A stretch of 64,000 nt of DNA from Callorhinchus milii. Taxonomy: Eukaryota. Both the position numbers and the translations under genes were made by a program. Positions 12,230 to 25,375 of the stretch are shown here, piece by piece. The first letter of the stretch is position 1; the number at the start of each line of letters is the position of its first letter. The notes under the pieces are model-generated. The model was not told where the DNA came from, did no database searches, and saw only the letters and a list, made by a program, of their open reading frames with translations. The DNA is taken from positions 98,644,001 to 98,708,000 of the forward strand of contig NW_024704742.1 in NCBI RefSeq assembly GCF_018977255.1. The letters are read 5' to 3'.

Positions 12230-14485
12230 CTGTCGAAGACACGGTCGAAGAGAAAGGTCTTCAGACGGAAACGGAGGGAGGCAATAGAGGAGATGAGGTA
12301 GAGGGATTGCAGAATAGAGTTCCAGAGTGTGGGGGCAGAGATGCTGAATGCCCGACCACCAATCTGAAGAAGGTGTCCACCAAGCGGAGGGAGGTGACAG
12401 GCTGATATGGGGTTATGAGGTCGGAGAGGTGGGGGGGGGGGGGAGCAAAACCATGGAGGGCCTTAAAGGTAAGAATGAGGGTTTTGTACTCGATTCTCTG
12501 AGGTATGGGGAGCCAGTGGAGCCGGGCAAGAACGGGTTGATAGTTTCCCGGAGCCTGGTTCGGGAGAGGACACGAGCTGCAGAGTTCTGAATAATCTGCA
12601 GCTTGTGGAGGGAAGAGTTGGGAAGTCCAGTGAACAGGTAGTTGACATAGTCAAGCCCGGACTTAATGAAAGCATGAATCAGGGTCTCGTGGTTCTGCAG
12701 TGAGAGGCAGTGGTGGAGGCAAGCAATGTTGCAGAGGTGTGGAAAGGCGGAACGGATCACGGCACGAATGTGGGGTTTAAAGGATAGCTGAGGGTTGAAA
12801 AGGACAATGAGGTTTCGGATTGGCTCAGTGAGGTGAAGAGTACAGCCATTCATGGTGATAGTGTCAGTGGCTGAGGTGAAGAGGTGCTCCCGGGAGCCAA
12901 GAAGGAGGCCCTCTGTCTTGCCAACAATGAGCTGGAGGAAGTTGGCTCTCTTCCAGGACTTGATGACAGATAAACAATTAGCCAGGACATCAACGGTCCT
13001 GGAGTCAAGGGTGGAGGCAGCAAGATAGAGTTGGGCGTCATCCATATACATGTGGAAATTGATCCCATGCCTGTGGATGACATCGCTGAATGGTAGCATG
13101 TATAGATTGAAGAGGAGGGGACCGAGGACAGAACACTGAGGAATGCCACACTTGACAATGCAGGGGCTAGAGGAGAAGCCGTTGGTGGTCATGAAGTGCA
13201 GATGGTGGGAAAGGTAGGATTAGAATCAGGCAAGAACCGAACCATTGAGGTGGAGGTGAGAGAAGAGGCGGTGGAGAAGAAGAGTGGTCAAGAGTATCGA
13301 AAGCGGACAAGTGGTCGAGATGACGAGGAGACAGAGAGAGCCCTGGTTACAGGTTACTCTGCAGCTCATCTACTCTTGCGCATCAGGCTCCGTGACCCCA
13401 TCACTCCCACCCTCACCCGACTCCACTGGCTCCCCATCTCCCAGAGGATCGAGGTCAAGATCCTCGTCCTCACTTTCAAGGTCATCCATGGCCTTGCTCC
13501 CTCCTACCTCTCTGACCTGCTGACTCCCTACCAATCTGCCCGCTCCCTCCATTCAGCGGGCTCCGGTCTAATCCATGTCTCCTGCCTGACCCGTCCTACC
13601 ATCGGTGGCCGGGCTTTCAGCCTCTCTGCTCCCACGCCCTGGAACTCCATCCCACAGTCCCTTCGCCTCGCTTCCTCCCTTGCCTCCTTCAAGGCCAGAC
13701 TCAAGACCCTTCTCTTCAACCGTGCCTTTGGTCTCCCTCCCACCTCTCTGCCTTCCCTCACCCCTACACCACCCCTCCCCCATGCTCAGGTCCCGATACC
13801 TGACTGTTCAGCGCTTTGGGTCGTCCTCCCGACCCGAAAGGCGATCAATAAATATAATTTTGTTGAACAGAATGTCGTTTGTTACTTTGACCAGGGCTGA
13901 CTCTGCGCTCTGAGCAGCATGAAACCCAGATTGGAGGGGATCATGGAGGAAATGCTGGGAGAGGAAAGAGCGACAACTCGTTCCGTGACCTTTGATAGAA
14001 AAGGAACGTTTGCAATGGGGCGTTAGTTGGGAGACCAGAGATGGGTCAAGGGAAGGTTTTTTGAGGGTAGGGGTGATGACGGCTGTCTTTCGAGGGATGG
14101 GTACAGTGACAGGAAGAGGTTAACAAGGTCTGTTAGTAGGGGGCAAGGAGGTGGAGCTGGGAGGTGAGGAGAGGGTTAGCGATGGGGTCAAATGAGCAGG
14201 TGGTGGGTTTCATATGGGAAATGATGAAGGTGAGCGAAGAGGGGAAGACAGGGTCAAAAGTAGAGGGAGGGATGGGGTGCTGGAAGGGGAGCGGGAGGTG
14301 GAGACAGGGTGCCAGAAGTGGGGCTAGAGGTGGTAGAGCGGATCCCCTCGATTTTAGAACTCGAGGAAATAATAATCTCCTCACATTTGATGTTGGAGGA
14401 GAGGATGGCAGAAGCATGGGAGGGAGGACGGAGGATTTGGCTTATGGTAGAAAAGAGGAGTCTGGGGTTATGCACAAACACACAA
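12230..14485 (-). mobile_element. L2 LINE ORF2 relic interrupted at ~13350-13865
   Basis: ORF 12413..13192 (GIPQCSVLGPLLFNLYM, HMYMDDAQLY); L2 sequence resumes at ~13866 with the HSAESALVKVTNDIL segment. Confidence 0.9.
13352..13865 (+). mobile_element. L2 3' fragment nested in opposite orientation inside the - strand L2
   Basis: LHWLPISQRIEVKIL...GGRAFSLSAP...LKTLLF followed by the L2 tail. Confidence 0.9.
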
Positions 14486-14767
14486 CCCTTAGTGTTGTCT
14501 TATGCCTTCACTTGCATGAAATCCCAAAATCTGATTAAATGTAAGCAAAATGATTATTTTAAAGAAATTAAATGTTGGATACTGTGATTATAATTCATTG
14601 ACAACATAAATTTACTAGCTTTAGTGAGCAAACATTATTCTCTGTTGTTCAGTGATTTATAGAACGTGATGCTGTGGAAAGTCTCATTCTATGCTCACAC
14701 CTCACAGTTTATAAACTTACTGATCAGCAGTGAGTCACACTTACATAGAATAGAAAGTTAAGGTAAA

Positions 14768-15309
14768 TAATAATAATCCTTGCATTTAATATAGTGCTTT
14801 TTCACATTGTCTCAATTCCAAGCAGTGAGTGCTCATTCTATCCCAATACACAGGAATTTCCACGTGTAAGTGGGATGCATGGAACTTTCGCTTTAGTTTG
14901 GATACTCTTAAGCAGTGATGGGTTTCATCATGTTTCAGTCACCCGGCTGACCAAAAGCAATCGTCGGGATTACTCAAAGTGCTTCACAGGATTTGTTATA
15001 GAGCATTTGTGGACAAATCCAGCAGCCAATTTGTGCAGAAAAATGTCTTACAAACAACCATGAAGTGAATGATCAACTTTATCTGAAGGATTGTTGGCCA
15101 GGATTCCAGGAGGGAATTAGTGCCATAAGATTTTAAAGTCCACCTGAACAGACAGACAGGAATTTGGTTTAACATTTCATCTGAAGGACAGCAACTCCAA
15201 AAATAAATGTCTCCCCGAGCACTGAGTGTCAGCCTAGACATTCAGATCAAAGTTCTGACAAGAGGCTTCAACCTACAACCACTTGACTCAGAGGAGAGAG
15301 TTACCAACT
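14768..15309 (-). mobile_element. Deu-domain SINE; its tRNA head is split by the CR1, with the remainder at 19221-19237
   Basis: Ends ...gagttaccaact at 15309 and resumes ctgagccaggctga at 19221, matching the family head gtgtcagcctggctcagtggtagc. Confidence 0.75.
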
Positions 15310-18300
15310 CATAGAATCATAGAATTATACAGCACAGAAGGAGGCTATTCAGCCTATCGTGTCTGTGGCGGCTTTTTGAAAAGAGCATCCAAATCAATCC
15401 CACTCCCCCACTCTCTCCCCATAGCCCTGCAAACTTAAAAGTTGTTATCGAATCGGCTTCCACCACCCTTTCAGGCAACGCATTCCAGATCCAAACAACT
15501 CGCTGCATGAAAAAATTTTTCCTCACCTCCTCTGTTTCTTTTAACAACTATTTTAAATCAGTGTCCTTGGGTTACCGACCCACCCACCAGTGGAAACAGT
15601 TTCTCCTTGTTCACCCTATCGAATCCCCTCATAATTTTGAAAACTTCTGTTAAGTCTCCTCTTAACCTTCTATGCTCCAAAGAGAATAATCCTAGCTTCC
15701 CTAGCCTCTCCTGATAACTGAAGGCCCTCATACCTGGTATCATCCTGTTAAATCTCCTTTGAACCCTCTCCAATGCCTTGATATCCTTCCTAAAGTGTGG
15801 TGCCCAGAACTGAACACAGTACTCTCGCTGAGGCCTAACCAGTGTTTTATAACTTCCTGACTTTTGTATTCTATGCCCCTATTCATAAGACCTAGTATCC
15901 CACTACTTTATCTACCTGTTGTGCCACCTTCAAAGATTTACTTATATGAACCCCCCGGTCTCTCTGTTCCTTCACCCCCTTTAAGATTGTACCATCAGCT
16001 TATATTGCCTCTCCTCATCCTTCCTCCCAAAATGCATCACTTTGCATTTCTCTACATTAAACTTCATCTGCCACGTGTCTGCCCATTTTACCAGTCTGTC
16101 TATGTCCTCTTGCAGTTTACTACTATCCTCCTCACTGTTTACTACCTTTCCTAGCTTAGTATCATGTGCAAACTTGGAAACTGTACTCCCTATACCCAAG
16201 TCCAGGTCATGTATATAGATCAAAAACATCAGTGGTCCCAAAACCAACCCCTGGTGGACACCACTGCACACTACCCTCCAGTCAGAAAAACAACCGTTCA
16301 CCACTACTCTCTGCTTTCTGTCTCCCAGCCAGTTCTGTATCCATGCTGCCACTGTCCCTTTAATACTGTGGGTTTCTATTTTGCTTACAAATCTCTTATG
16401 TGGCACTTTATCAAACGCCTTTTGAAAATCCATATAAACTACATCAACTGCACTACCTTCATCCACCCTCTCCGTTACTTCATCAAAAATCTCTATCAGG
16501 TTTGTTAGATATGATTTGCCTTTAACAAACCCATGTTGTCTGTCCTTTATTAACCCATATTTTTCAAAGTGAAAATTTATTTTGTCCCAGATTTTATTCT
16601 CTAGAAGTTTCCCCACTACTGATGTCAGGCTGACTGAACTCCTTCTGCCCCTTTTTGTATAGGGGAGTAACATTTGCAATTCTCCAATCCTCTGGCACCA
16701 CCCCGGTGTCCAAGAAGGATTGAAAGATTTTGGCCAGAGCCTCCGTTATTTCCACCCTTACTTTCCTCAGTAACCTAGGATGCATCCCGTCCGGACTAGT
16801 GACTTATCTTCCTTGAGCACGATCAACCTTTTTAGTACATCCTCTCAGTTTATTGTTATCTTATCCAATTTCTCTAACCTCTCCACCGATACTATGGCAT
16901 TGGCTGCACTCTCTTCTTTTGTGAAAACAGATGCAAAGTACTCATTCAGTACATCAGCCACATCCTCTGCCTCCACAAGAAGATTTCCTCTTTAGTCCCT
17001 AATTGGATCCATCCTACCTTAGGTTTCCCTTTTATGTTACCCGCTAATCTTTTCTCATACAATCTCTTTGCCCCTCTTATTTTCCTTTTCAGTTCTCCTC
17101 TGTTCTTTCTATATTCTATTTGATTATCTTCTGTATTTTGGATCTGACATTTATCATAAGCTTCCTTTTTCTGTTTTATTTTAATCCCAATTTTCTTATT
17201 CACTCATGGATGGCCTACCTTTCCCCTTTGTGGGAATGTATTTGTTCTGTCCCCAAACTATTTCCTCCTTGAAGGCTTTCCATTGATTGTTAGCTGTTTT
17301 ACCTGCCAATCTTTCTTTCCAGTCCACCTTGGCTAGGTCCATTTTTAACTCACTAAAATTAGCCCTCTTCCAGTTGAGTATCTTCACCTTTGATTCTTCC
17401 TTGTCCCTTTCCATAAGTACTCTAAACCTTGTGATGTGATCACTGTTGTCCAGATGCTCTTCTATTGAAACCTGCTCCACTTCATTCCCCAGAACTAGAT
17501 CCAGCACTGCTTCCTTCCTCATTGGGTTGGAAACATATTGATCCAGAAAGTTATCCTGCACACATTTCAGGAATCCTCCCCCTCCTTGCCATTTACACTG
17601 TTATTATGCCAGTCTGTGTTAGATAATTGAAGTCTCCCATTATCATTACTCTACTGGTTTTGCATCTTTCTGAAATCTGCTTGCAGATTTGCTCGTCTAT
17701 CTCCTTCCCACTATTTGGAGGTCTATAGTATACATCTAAGAGAGTTAACAGCTCCTTTTCTGCTCCTTAACTCTAGCCAAATAGATTCTGTTTTTCGACC
17801 CTTTCCAGAACTCTAACCGTGGCTTTTAATATTGCCACCCCACCACCTTTTTTTCTTCCCTATCCCTCCTGAATACATTGTAGCCAAGAATATTCAGCTC
17901 CCATTCCTGCCCCTGTTTGAGTCAGGTCTCTGTTATTGCCACTATATCGTAACCCCATGCGGCAACTTGAGCCTGCAGCTCACCAATCTTATTTGTCACA
18001 TTTACACACATGCATTCCAAGACCAACTGAGTCTGCTCTGCATTTCTAACCCGTCTAATCTCTCCTTTCTCTGGACTGCTCCTTATTACATTGCTATTCA
18101 TCTTTCCCAGTATGTAACTTGTTTGTCCTCTCTAATGCTACATCCTAATTCCCTTCCCCCCTCAAAATTAGTTTAAGCCCTTCCTCAGAGCACTAGTTAA
18201 CCTCCCTGTGAGGCCGTTGGTCCCAGCCCTGTTCAGGTGTAACCATCCACCTTTTATAGGTCCCACTGCCCCAGAACTAGTCCCAGTGACCCAGAACCTG

Positions 18301-19220
18301 AAGCCCTCCTTTCTGCACCATTTCTCCAGCCATGCATTCATGTGTTTGATCCTGCTGTTTTGGTAGTCACTTGCACGAGGCACTGGGGGTAATCCAAAGA
18401 TCACCACCTTTGAACTCCTACTCTTTAGCTTTTTCCCTAGCTTCTGATACTCTCACTACAGGATCTCAGCCCTTCTTTTCCCTACATCATAGAGTCCAAC
18501 ATGGACCACAACTTCTGGATGTTCCCCTTCTACTTGCAGAATGTTTTGCACCTGTTCCATGATGTCTTCAACCCTGGTACCAGGGAGGCAACATACCATG
18601 CGAGAGTCACATCTTTGGTTGCAGAAACGCTTTTCACTATTGTGTCCCCAATGATAATTGCATTGACACTCTACCCTGTGTCCCCCTGTGCATCCATTTG
18701 CTTTTAACTCCCCTCCTCAGAAGTGGCATCACCGGTATTCAGTACAGAGAACCGGTTTGTGAGTGCTACATTCTCAGGAGATTTTGGCACTTCTCGTCCC
18801 CTCATGCCGGGTGGTCACCCACTCACTCTCCTTCTAAACCCTCTGTGGCTGTGGAGTGACCACTTCTTGAAACGTTCGATCCATGATCCAGCCTCCCGTA
18901 TGCTATGTGGTCACATCAGCCTCTCCTCGAGATCAGAAACCCTGAGCTCAAGCTCGAGCAGCCAGAGGTACTTCCTACACACGTTTGTCCAGAGCACACA
19001 AAGCATCCTGGAGTTCCCACATGTCGCACATTGTGCATGCAACTGGTTTCAGCTGCCCTGCCATATTTTATATTATTTTAATATAACTATTAGATATTTT
19101 ATAATTTTCACCTCTTTTGCCCGCTGCACCGAATTCCTACTCTCACCAAATTCTTTAACAGAATTCTCACTCTGTACCACCTCACTCAGTTCCCTCCTCA
19201 CACTGCTGGGCTCTATGCTC
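15310..19220 (-). mobile_element. Near-full-length degenerate CR1 LINE: 5'UTR, ORF1 (Cys-rich/coiled-coil N-terminus + SGNH esterase), ORF2 (EN+RT), (ATTCTATG)n tail
   Basis: ORF1 GLPPVPRA...MNAWLEKWCRKEGFRF...LHLNRAG; ORF2 FLDQYV...LDLVL, VPEDWRIANVTP, YMDFQKAFDKVPH, LRGDLTEVFKIM; catagaatcatagaat at 15310. Confidence 0.92.
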
Positions 19221-19438
19221 CTGAGCCAGGCTGATGCCCAAAATACTCCCAGAAAACTTAATGTTAAACATAACATAGTGTCACTCAACCAGAGTCAGCA
19301 GTGTAAAATTCTACAATGCTCTTGAAACATACTGCCTTCCTCCTTTTAAACTTCAATCAGTAAAGGTCAATAAAAATGTCATTCATTTAAACTGGGAAAA
19401 GCCTGACAAAACCATTAGCACAAAGTATCCACACCTTT

Positions 19439-19765
19439 GTGGAGTCCTGTAGCTCAGAGGTTAGAGCACTCGCTTTGCAAGCGAGAGACCTGAGTTTTGC
19501 CCTGCCAATTCCAGGCAGGGCAAAACCTTGGGCAAGTTTCCTTACTCCACACGCCTAATAATAATCCCTCCAAAACAAAAAACAATAATAAATTGGTCAT
19601 TTTCAATCTACGACTGTTTGTGGGACACTGCTGTGCGCAATTGGCTGCCGCGTTCGCCCACAAATATACAGTCAATTCACTTTACAGTGTGTTCTGTGAA
19701 GCGCTTTGGGACGTCCTCCTGACGTGAAAAGCGCTATATCAAATGCAAGGATTATTATTATTTAT
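19439..19765 (+). mobile_element. Young tRNA-Ala-headed SINE with Deu-like body and L2-type tail
   Basis: gtggagtcctgtagctcag...ctcgctttgcaagcgag head; tail gggacgtcctcctgacgtgaaaagcgctatatcaaatgcaagg(att)n; near-identical to copies at 35456, 36237, 37343 and 46018. Confidence 0.92.
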
Positions 19766-20859
19766 TTTATACCACCCTTTTAACGCCAGTCAGTAGATTC
19801 AGATTTTTGGATTGTTCAGTATATCCAAATCGTTTGACAGCTCCTAGCAGGCATCAGTAACACCTTTCTCCCTGGTCATCCAATTTTCTCAAAGTGGTGA
19901 CAGTCGTTAGCTTGTAGGCAGCATGAGAGAATCTCACACTTTAAAGCACTGGCTTTAATGTACTGCTAATGATTGCCATTCAAACACAGCTATTCAACCC
20001 AACAGGTGGAGAGAAAGGGACAGTTACAGGTAGTCTTAACATTTTCCATTTATGACATAAAATTCAGATGCTTTTACTGAGTAGCTCAGGTTTCCAACCA
20101 AAGAAAACAGAATATTCGCCTCAGTAAAGAACTTGGTATGGCAGTGTACATCACCTTGCTTCACACATTACTTATTGTACTTTGAATACTGCCTCCTACC
20201 TATGTCACGGCTTGTACATTTTGTTGTGAATATAACGCTGTTGGTCTGCATGAAGCACTCCCAAGACAAATAGAATAATTAAACACAAAGGAAAGTTTCC
20301 CCCATTCGACTCCAACAAAATGCCTCAGTCCTGACCAGTGGCATTTTTCACTTCTCACATCAGCCATCATGCGACCACTTTTGATGCAATTGTCCACTGA
20401 GTGCCAATTATCTGTTATTTGGCTCCATTCTACAATGAATATTTCTCCTGGAATGGCTTTGCTTTAACTTCCTTGTCCATAGGAGCCAGGTATTTATCCA
20501 GCCGGGACCAGCTTTCACATGCAATGTTTTGGACAAGCCTGCCTCAAGTTACTGCAGAGCCAGTTTTGATAAGCATGTCTTTTCAAAGCAAAGTCTCTTC
20601 AGGGGTACCCTCTCTATCTCCCCCTCAAAGGAAAATATTATTACATTTTATCCACCTTGAAAGGGTGAAAGGCCAAGTGTACCTCCAAACCAAGAATTCC
20701 CTGGTCTTAAGTCAGACTCAACTGGCATGTAGGAACCTGGATGTTATTTTGGGAGTACAATGATCGTTGAAAGATCACACAAGATTATAGGACAGTGTTA
20801 AATGCCAAGGCCAGAGTTCCTCGGGACGTCCTCCCAACGTGAAAAGGGCTTTACAAATG

Positions 20860-21300
20860 TAATTCAAGATCCTCATCCTCACCTACAAGGCCATTCACGG
20901 CCTTGCTCCCTCCTACCTCTCCGACCTACTATCCCCCTACCTACCTGCCCATACCCTCCGTTCCTCTGGCTCCGGTCTGCTCCACATCCCCCGCCCCAAC
21001 CGCCCTACCATCGGTGGCCGGGCCTTCAGCCTCTCAGCCCCGACGCTCTGGAACTCTATCCCCCAGTGCCTTCGCCTTGCTTCCTCCCTTTCCTCCTTCA
21101 AGGCCGGTCTTAAGACCTTTCTCTTTGACCGTGCCTTCAGCTCCCCTCTCGACTCTCTACCCCCTCCTCGCTCCCTCCCTTCCCTCCCCTCACCCTGACC
21201 ATTTCCCCCCTGCTCTGGTCCCGACCCAACTGAACAGCACCTTGGGACGTCCTCCCGACGTGAAAGGCGCTCAATAAATGGAATCTTGTTGTTGTTGTTG
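20860..21300 (+). mobile_element. L2 3' fragment with intact tail
   Basis: FKILILTYKAIHGLAPSYLSDLL...LKTFLF; gggacgtcctcccgacgtgaaaggcgc...(TTG)n. Confidence 0.9.
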
Positions 21301-21526
21301 TAATAATATGTTAACAAAAGACAATGAGGTTGGATTTAAATGTCATCCTAAACAATGATCCCCAAATCAGATTAGATCAGTACTGAAATCATGGTGTGTG
21401 GATTTGATTCCAGCCCTCTCATTTTATTCTCAAGTGCCATAACAATTTGAATAAGGAAACAAAGTATAACAAGCATCCTGCAATCTAAATAACCAGAACA
21501 ACCATTTGTTGATTTAAAATATATCG

Positions 21527-21710
21527 GTGTTAGCCTGGGCTCAATTCATTGCACTTTCATGTTTGAGTCAGGAGATTGCAGGGTTGAACTTCATGTCAGG
21601 ACTATGAGTTGACATTTCAATCCAATGCTGCATTGTCAGAGGTGCCATCCTTCGAATGAGACATTAAACCAAGCCTGCTTGTTCAAATGGATGTTGAACA
21701 TCCAATGGTA
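21527..21710 (+). mobile_element. Deu-domain SINE 5' fragment
   Basis: gtgttagcctgggctcaa...gagtcagg...tgcattgtcagaggtgccatccttcgaatgagacattaaacc. Confidence 0.7.
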
Positions 21711-21929
21711 AATATTAGCAATTATCATTATTAGAAAAATAATAAGCTTTGCGTTTCACAAGATCAAAACATTTGATCTCATTCTTCCAAAGTACCAACT
21801 TCACCATCTTCCCATTTCAGTTTCAAGCTGTATCTTAAATAGTGGTGTCCCCTTCTCAGTCACCCAATGTAGATGTTGTTAATCTCTGTGCAAAGAAATA
21901 CTTCCTGGTGTCCATTCTAAACTTGCCCT

Positions 21930-22190
21930 TCACAAGCTAGCAAATCTGAAAGTATATTGATTATCATCACCCTTTGTTTCCTATTATTCAGCCAATTTAC
22001 TTTCCAATTTATTGCTCTCTTTATGCCATGATCTTTTGCGTTAGAAACGCGTCTTTTCCGTGGCACTTTATCAAATGCCTTATGAAAGCCAAGAGACATA
22101 ACATGCCCCATATTACCACTCTCCACCAATTCGGTTACATCCACAAAGAATTCCAATAAATTTGTTAGGCCTGACCTACTTTTTTTTAAT
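21930..22190 (-). mobile_element. CR1 RT fragment
   Basis: ORF 21917..22156 with FHKAFDKVPRKR...NWLNNRKQRV. Confidence 0.85.
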
Positions 22191-25100
22191 CGTATAATGG
22201 CTTAGATTTATTGCCTAACCTCAGAAATCCATTTATTTTGAAACACAATGCATGAAAACAATGAAAACCATTTAGCTTATATCACTGAAAGAAAAACTAA
22301 TCTTAGCACCCTGCTGTTACACGCTCCCCAATTGTTTTTTTCTCTCTCTAAAAAGCGACTACTAGGTTAACCTTCACATACTCTACTTAAATTGTCTTCC
22401 CTTGAAGAGTGACATTCTGATGCATGTGATGCATTTCCCCAGGGTCCAGAGTAACTGATTAATTAATAGTATAATGGTCATATGCTTCATAGTACACTCA
22501 GAACAACTGCACAGAATTAATACTGCAGTTGTAGGTGCAAGTGTCTTTCACCTTATAACTTTCAACAATTCATTCATGAGTTAACCATTTAGTTTCCAAC
22601 TCTTGCAATCTTGCAACTGATGCAAATCAAATGTGTCCAGGATGGGTTAACTTATTATTAGTTTCTCTCTTGAACATGATGAGTTTATGAGCTTTGCATT
22701 TATGCAGTTTTTTTGGTGTAAATATTCTCATCAAGATAAAAATCAAGCACTCTTCTACTATTTGCATGCAGTGTCAACATCGATTAAAGTACTGGTTGGA
22801 TATGATGTGCCTTTCACTCTGTTTCATCAATTGTTCGTTCGTACAAACTTAATTATGCATCCCCTGCTGCACCAGTGTGACATTTTGATTTCCTACACCA
22901 ACTCACTTACTTACTTTGAGGCAGAATGCATATTTAGGGCCATTAAAGCCAGTTTTATGCTGCAAAACTCACACACATAATGGACTATACTAAGCCTTTC
23001 CAAATGAATTTCACTTCAGACTCTTACTGTCATTAAGTCAGAGAAACTTTGTTACTAGCATTTTGGGTTGAAATGGAGCTGAGGTGCCAGAGGTTAAAGT
23101 AACTTTTCCTCACCCAGTGCATTACCCAGTATTTTAGAATTATAAAACTGTGCAGCTCTCCTGAAAAATCCTTGCATTTGATATAACACCTTTCACGTCA
23201 AAAGGATGTCACAAAGCTCATTACGTAAAGTGTAGAATTTTTCTGTATTTTCTGTAGACCTAATTTAGTCATTCAATCTGTGACTGTTTGTGGGACACTG
23301 CTGTGCGCAATTAGCTGTCACATTTCACCCACAAAATACACAGTCGATCCACTTTACAGTATATTCTGTGAAATGCTTTGAGACGTCTCAATGACTTGAT
23401 AAGGAGCTATATCAAATGCAGGATTATTATTATTACATTTTAAAAGCAAACTAGGTAGAAATGTACATCAGCTCATGAACTACATATTTAAAGGGGCAAT
23501 CCAACCTTGAATTGTTTAAAATTAGCTTTCGTAAATATTAAAAAAAAATCAGCAAGGCTCACATTTGGCACATTTAGGATCAGGTTTTTTTTAAAAAAAC
23601 ATTTAAAATATGTCTTTTACATGGCATATCCTCAAATAGTCAATGATACCAGACCTTTGTTTATTTTAGAGTCTGATTAGTTCCCACCACCTCTGCTCTT
23701 ACACAATGCTGTGTAAAAAAAAGCAAGCACCAGTTCAATGCCATAACTGCAACAATATGTCCCAAATTAAGAAGAAACATTTCTAAATGGTGATTTGCCT
23801 TTTAGCCGAAAAGTATTTTCTATTTCACATGAATCCAAAGGGATTTGTTTGTTTGAGGTCCAGGAATACAGTGCATCCTTTCTTCACAGTAAACATTCCA
23901 GCTCGTGAGAGCTGAGCTGTCCTCTGTACAAAGTGCAAGCAGCATGTGGGGACGTGCAACAACAACTCCAGCACTGATACACTGCCAATCGGGCTGGCAG
24001 GCTGGTGTAGGCAAGGGCTGCACTTCTTTGACAATTTAATGTTATTAAAAAAATATGTGAAATGACTATAAAGTAAATGTTACCATTTATGATAGAGGAC
24101 GTGACACAGTGTGGAGGTTCGTGCCCACTATCATCCAGCATAGCAGAACAGAGTTCCTGTTCTTGGCTAAAGCATCAAGAGAGCCCAGGGACAGGATTAG
24201 AAAGAGGATTGCGAGTCAGTCACATCAAGTTTAATTTCAGGCAGAGAACAAGAAAAGGTCACTTACACTTCTCTTAAACACAAAGGAAGGGAAATACAAA
24301 ATGTTTCATTTTCAATTCTTTCTGCTAGCAAATCAATCTCGTCCATATTAAAAACATCAAAGTGACCCATAATGGAATCTAAATTGCAATCCAACAACAA
24401 CAACTTGCATTTATATAGCCCACTTCACACAGGACAACTTAATAGTTGTAAGGCGTCTCTCTAGAACGCAAAGCCACTAAAATGTGACTCCAGTGTGGAC
24501 TCAAGGTTGCAGAAATGTGGTGCACATCCAGTGCGGACTGCTGACTACGCACTGGAAGCTGACTGACTGGAAGTGATGACCTGACAATCCGGAGGCCAGA
24601 CAGGTGGCCAGTATTTCTTGAATCTGTTATAATGTGGAGTCTAATTCTATAGATCTCAACTACTCTGTTATAACAGGACCAGCCTGTATTCACAAAACTG
24701 TCCAAAAGCCATATTAATTAGTGTTCAATATTCAAACAGAATTGCCGAATTATCCAATGTTGTCAAGGAACGGGAAGGAAGAGATTTTCAAATTGATAAC
24801 AAAGGGTTGAAATACTGCAGGCTATGTCATATTTACGATATTAAAAGGGCTGCAGGTGAACCCTCCCCGAGGCTGCTCAACAGCGTTGTTAGAAAAGCCA
24901 AGTCCACAATGGCGAACTTTCAGTTTGTAGACTGCAATCTTTGGCTGGCAGTTTGCGGAAAGCAGCAAACAGCTCAAAGATCTGATATCCCAATACCTTG
25001 CAGCTGAAAGCCATGATCCGTAAGCTGAAAGTCCAAAGACCTGGCTTCTCTAACTTCACCCTTTTGATGTGATCAATGTAAATTTCACCACAATGTTTCC

Positions 25101-25227
25101 AAACACAATCTTAGTGCAGCTGATAACTAGTTAGCTGGAATACGTCCGACACCAAATGTAATTATGAAGGTGATTTATATACTCCATATCTAGTATGTGA
25201 ATGAAATTAATAATTTTATGAACTTAC

Positions 25228-25375
25228 TTATATTTAGCCATTAATGCACCACAAAGGCACGATCCAAAAATAGAGAAAGCCATTCCAAGCATTCCATTCC
25301 AGAATCCCAGTTGTGCAGCCGAGATGCCATTATCCAGTAAAAACAGCGGAAACATGTTTACAGCACATTGTTCTC
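25228..25375 (-). CDS. MFSD3: MFSD3 coding exon 2 (148 nt): (G)EQCAVNMFPLFLLDNGISAAQLGFWNGMLGMAFSIFGSCLCGALMAKY
   Basis: Acceptor tttttatgtttccag, donor AA|gtaagt; phase 1 in, phase 2 out; matches human EQGASSLFPLLLLDHGVS...GLWNG. Confidence 0.95.

Noticed and set aside
22911..22960. Possible short minus-strand exon (ttttgcag...gtaagt)
   Set aside because: Translation resembles no part of MFSD3, and exon 2 joins exon 3 in frame without it
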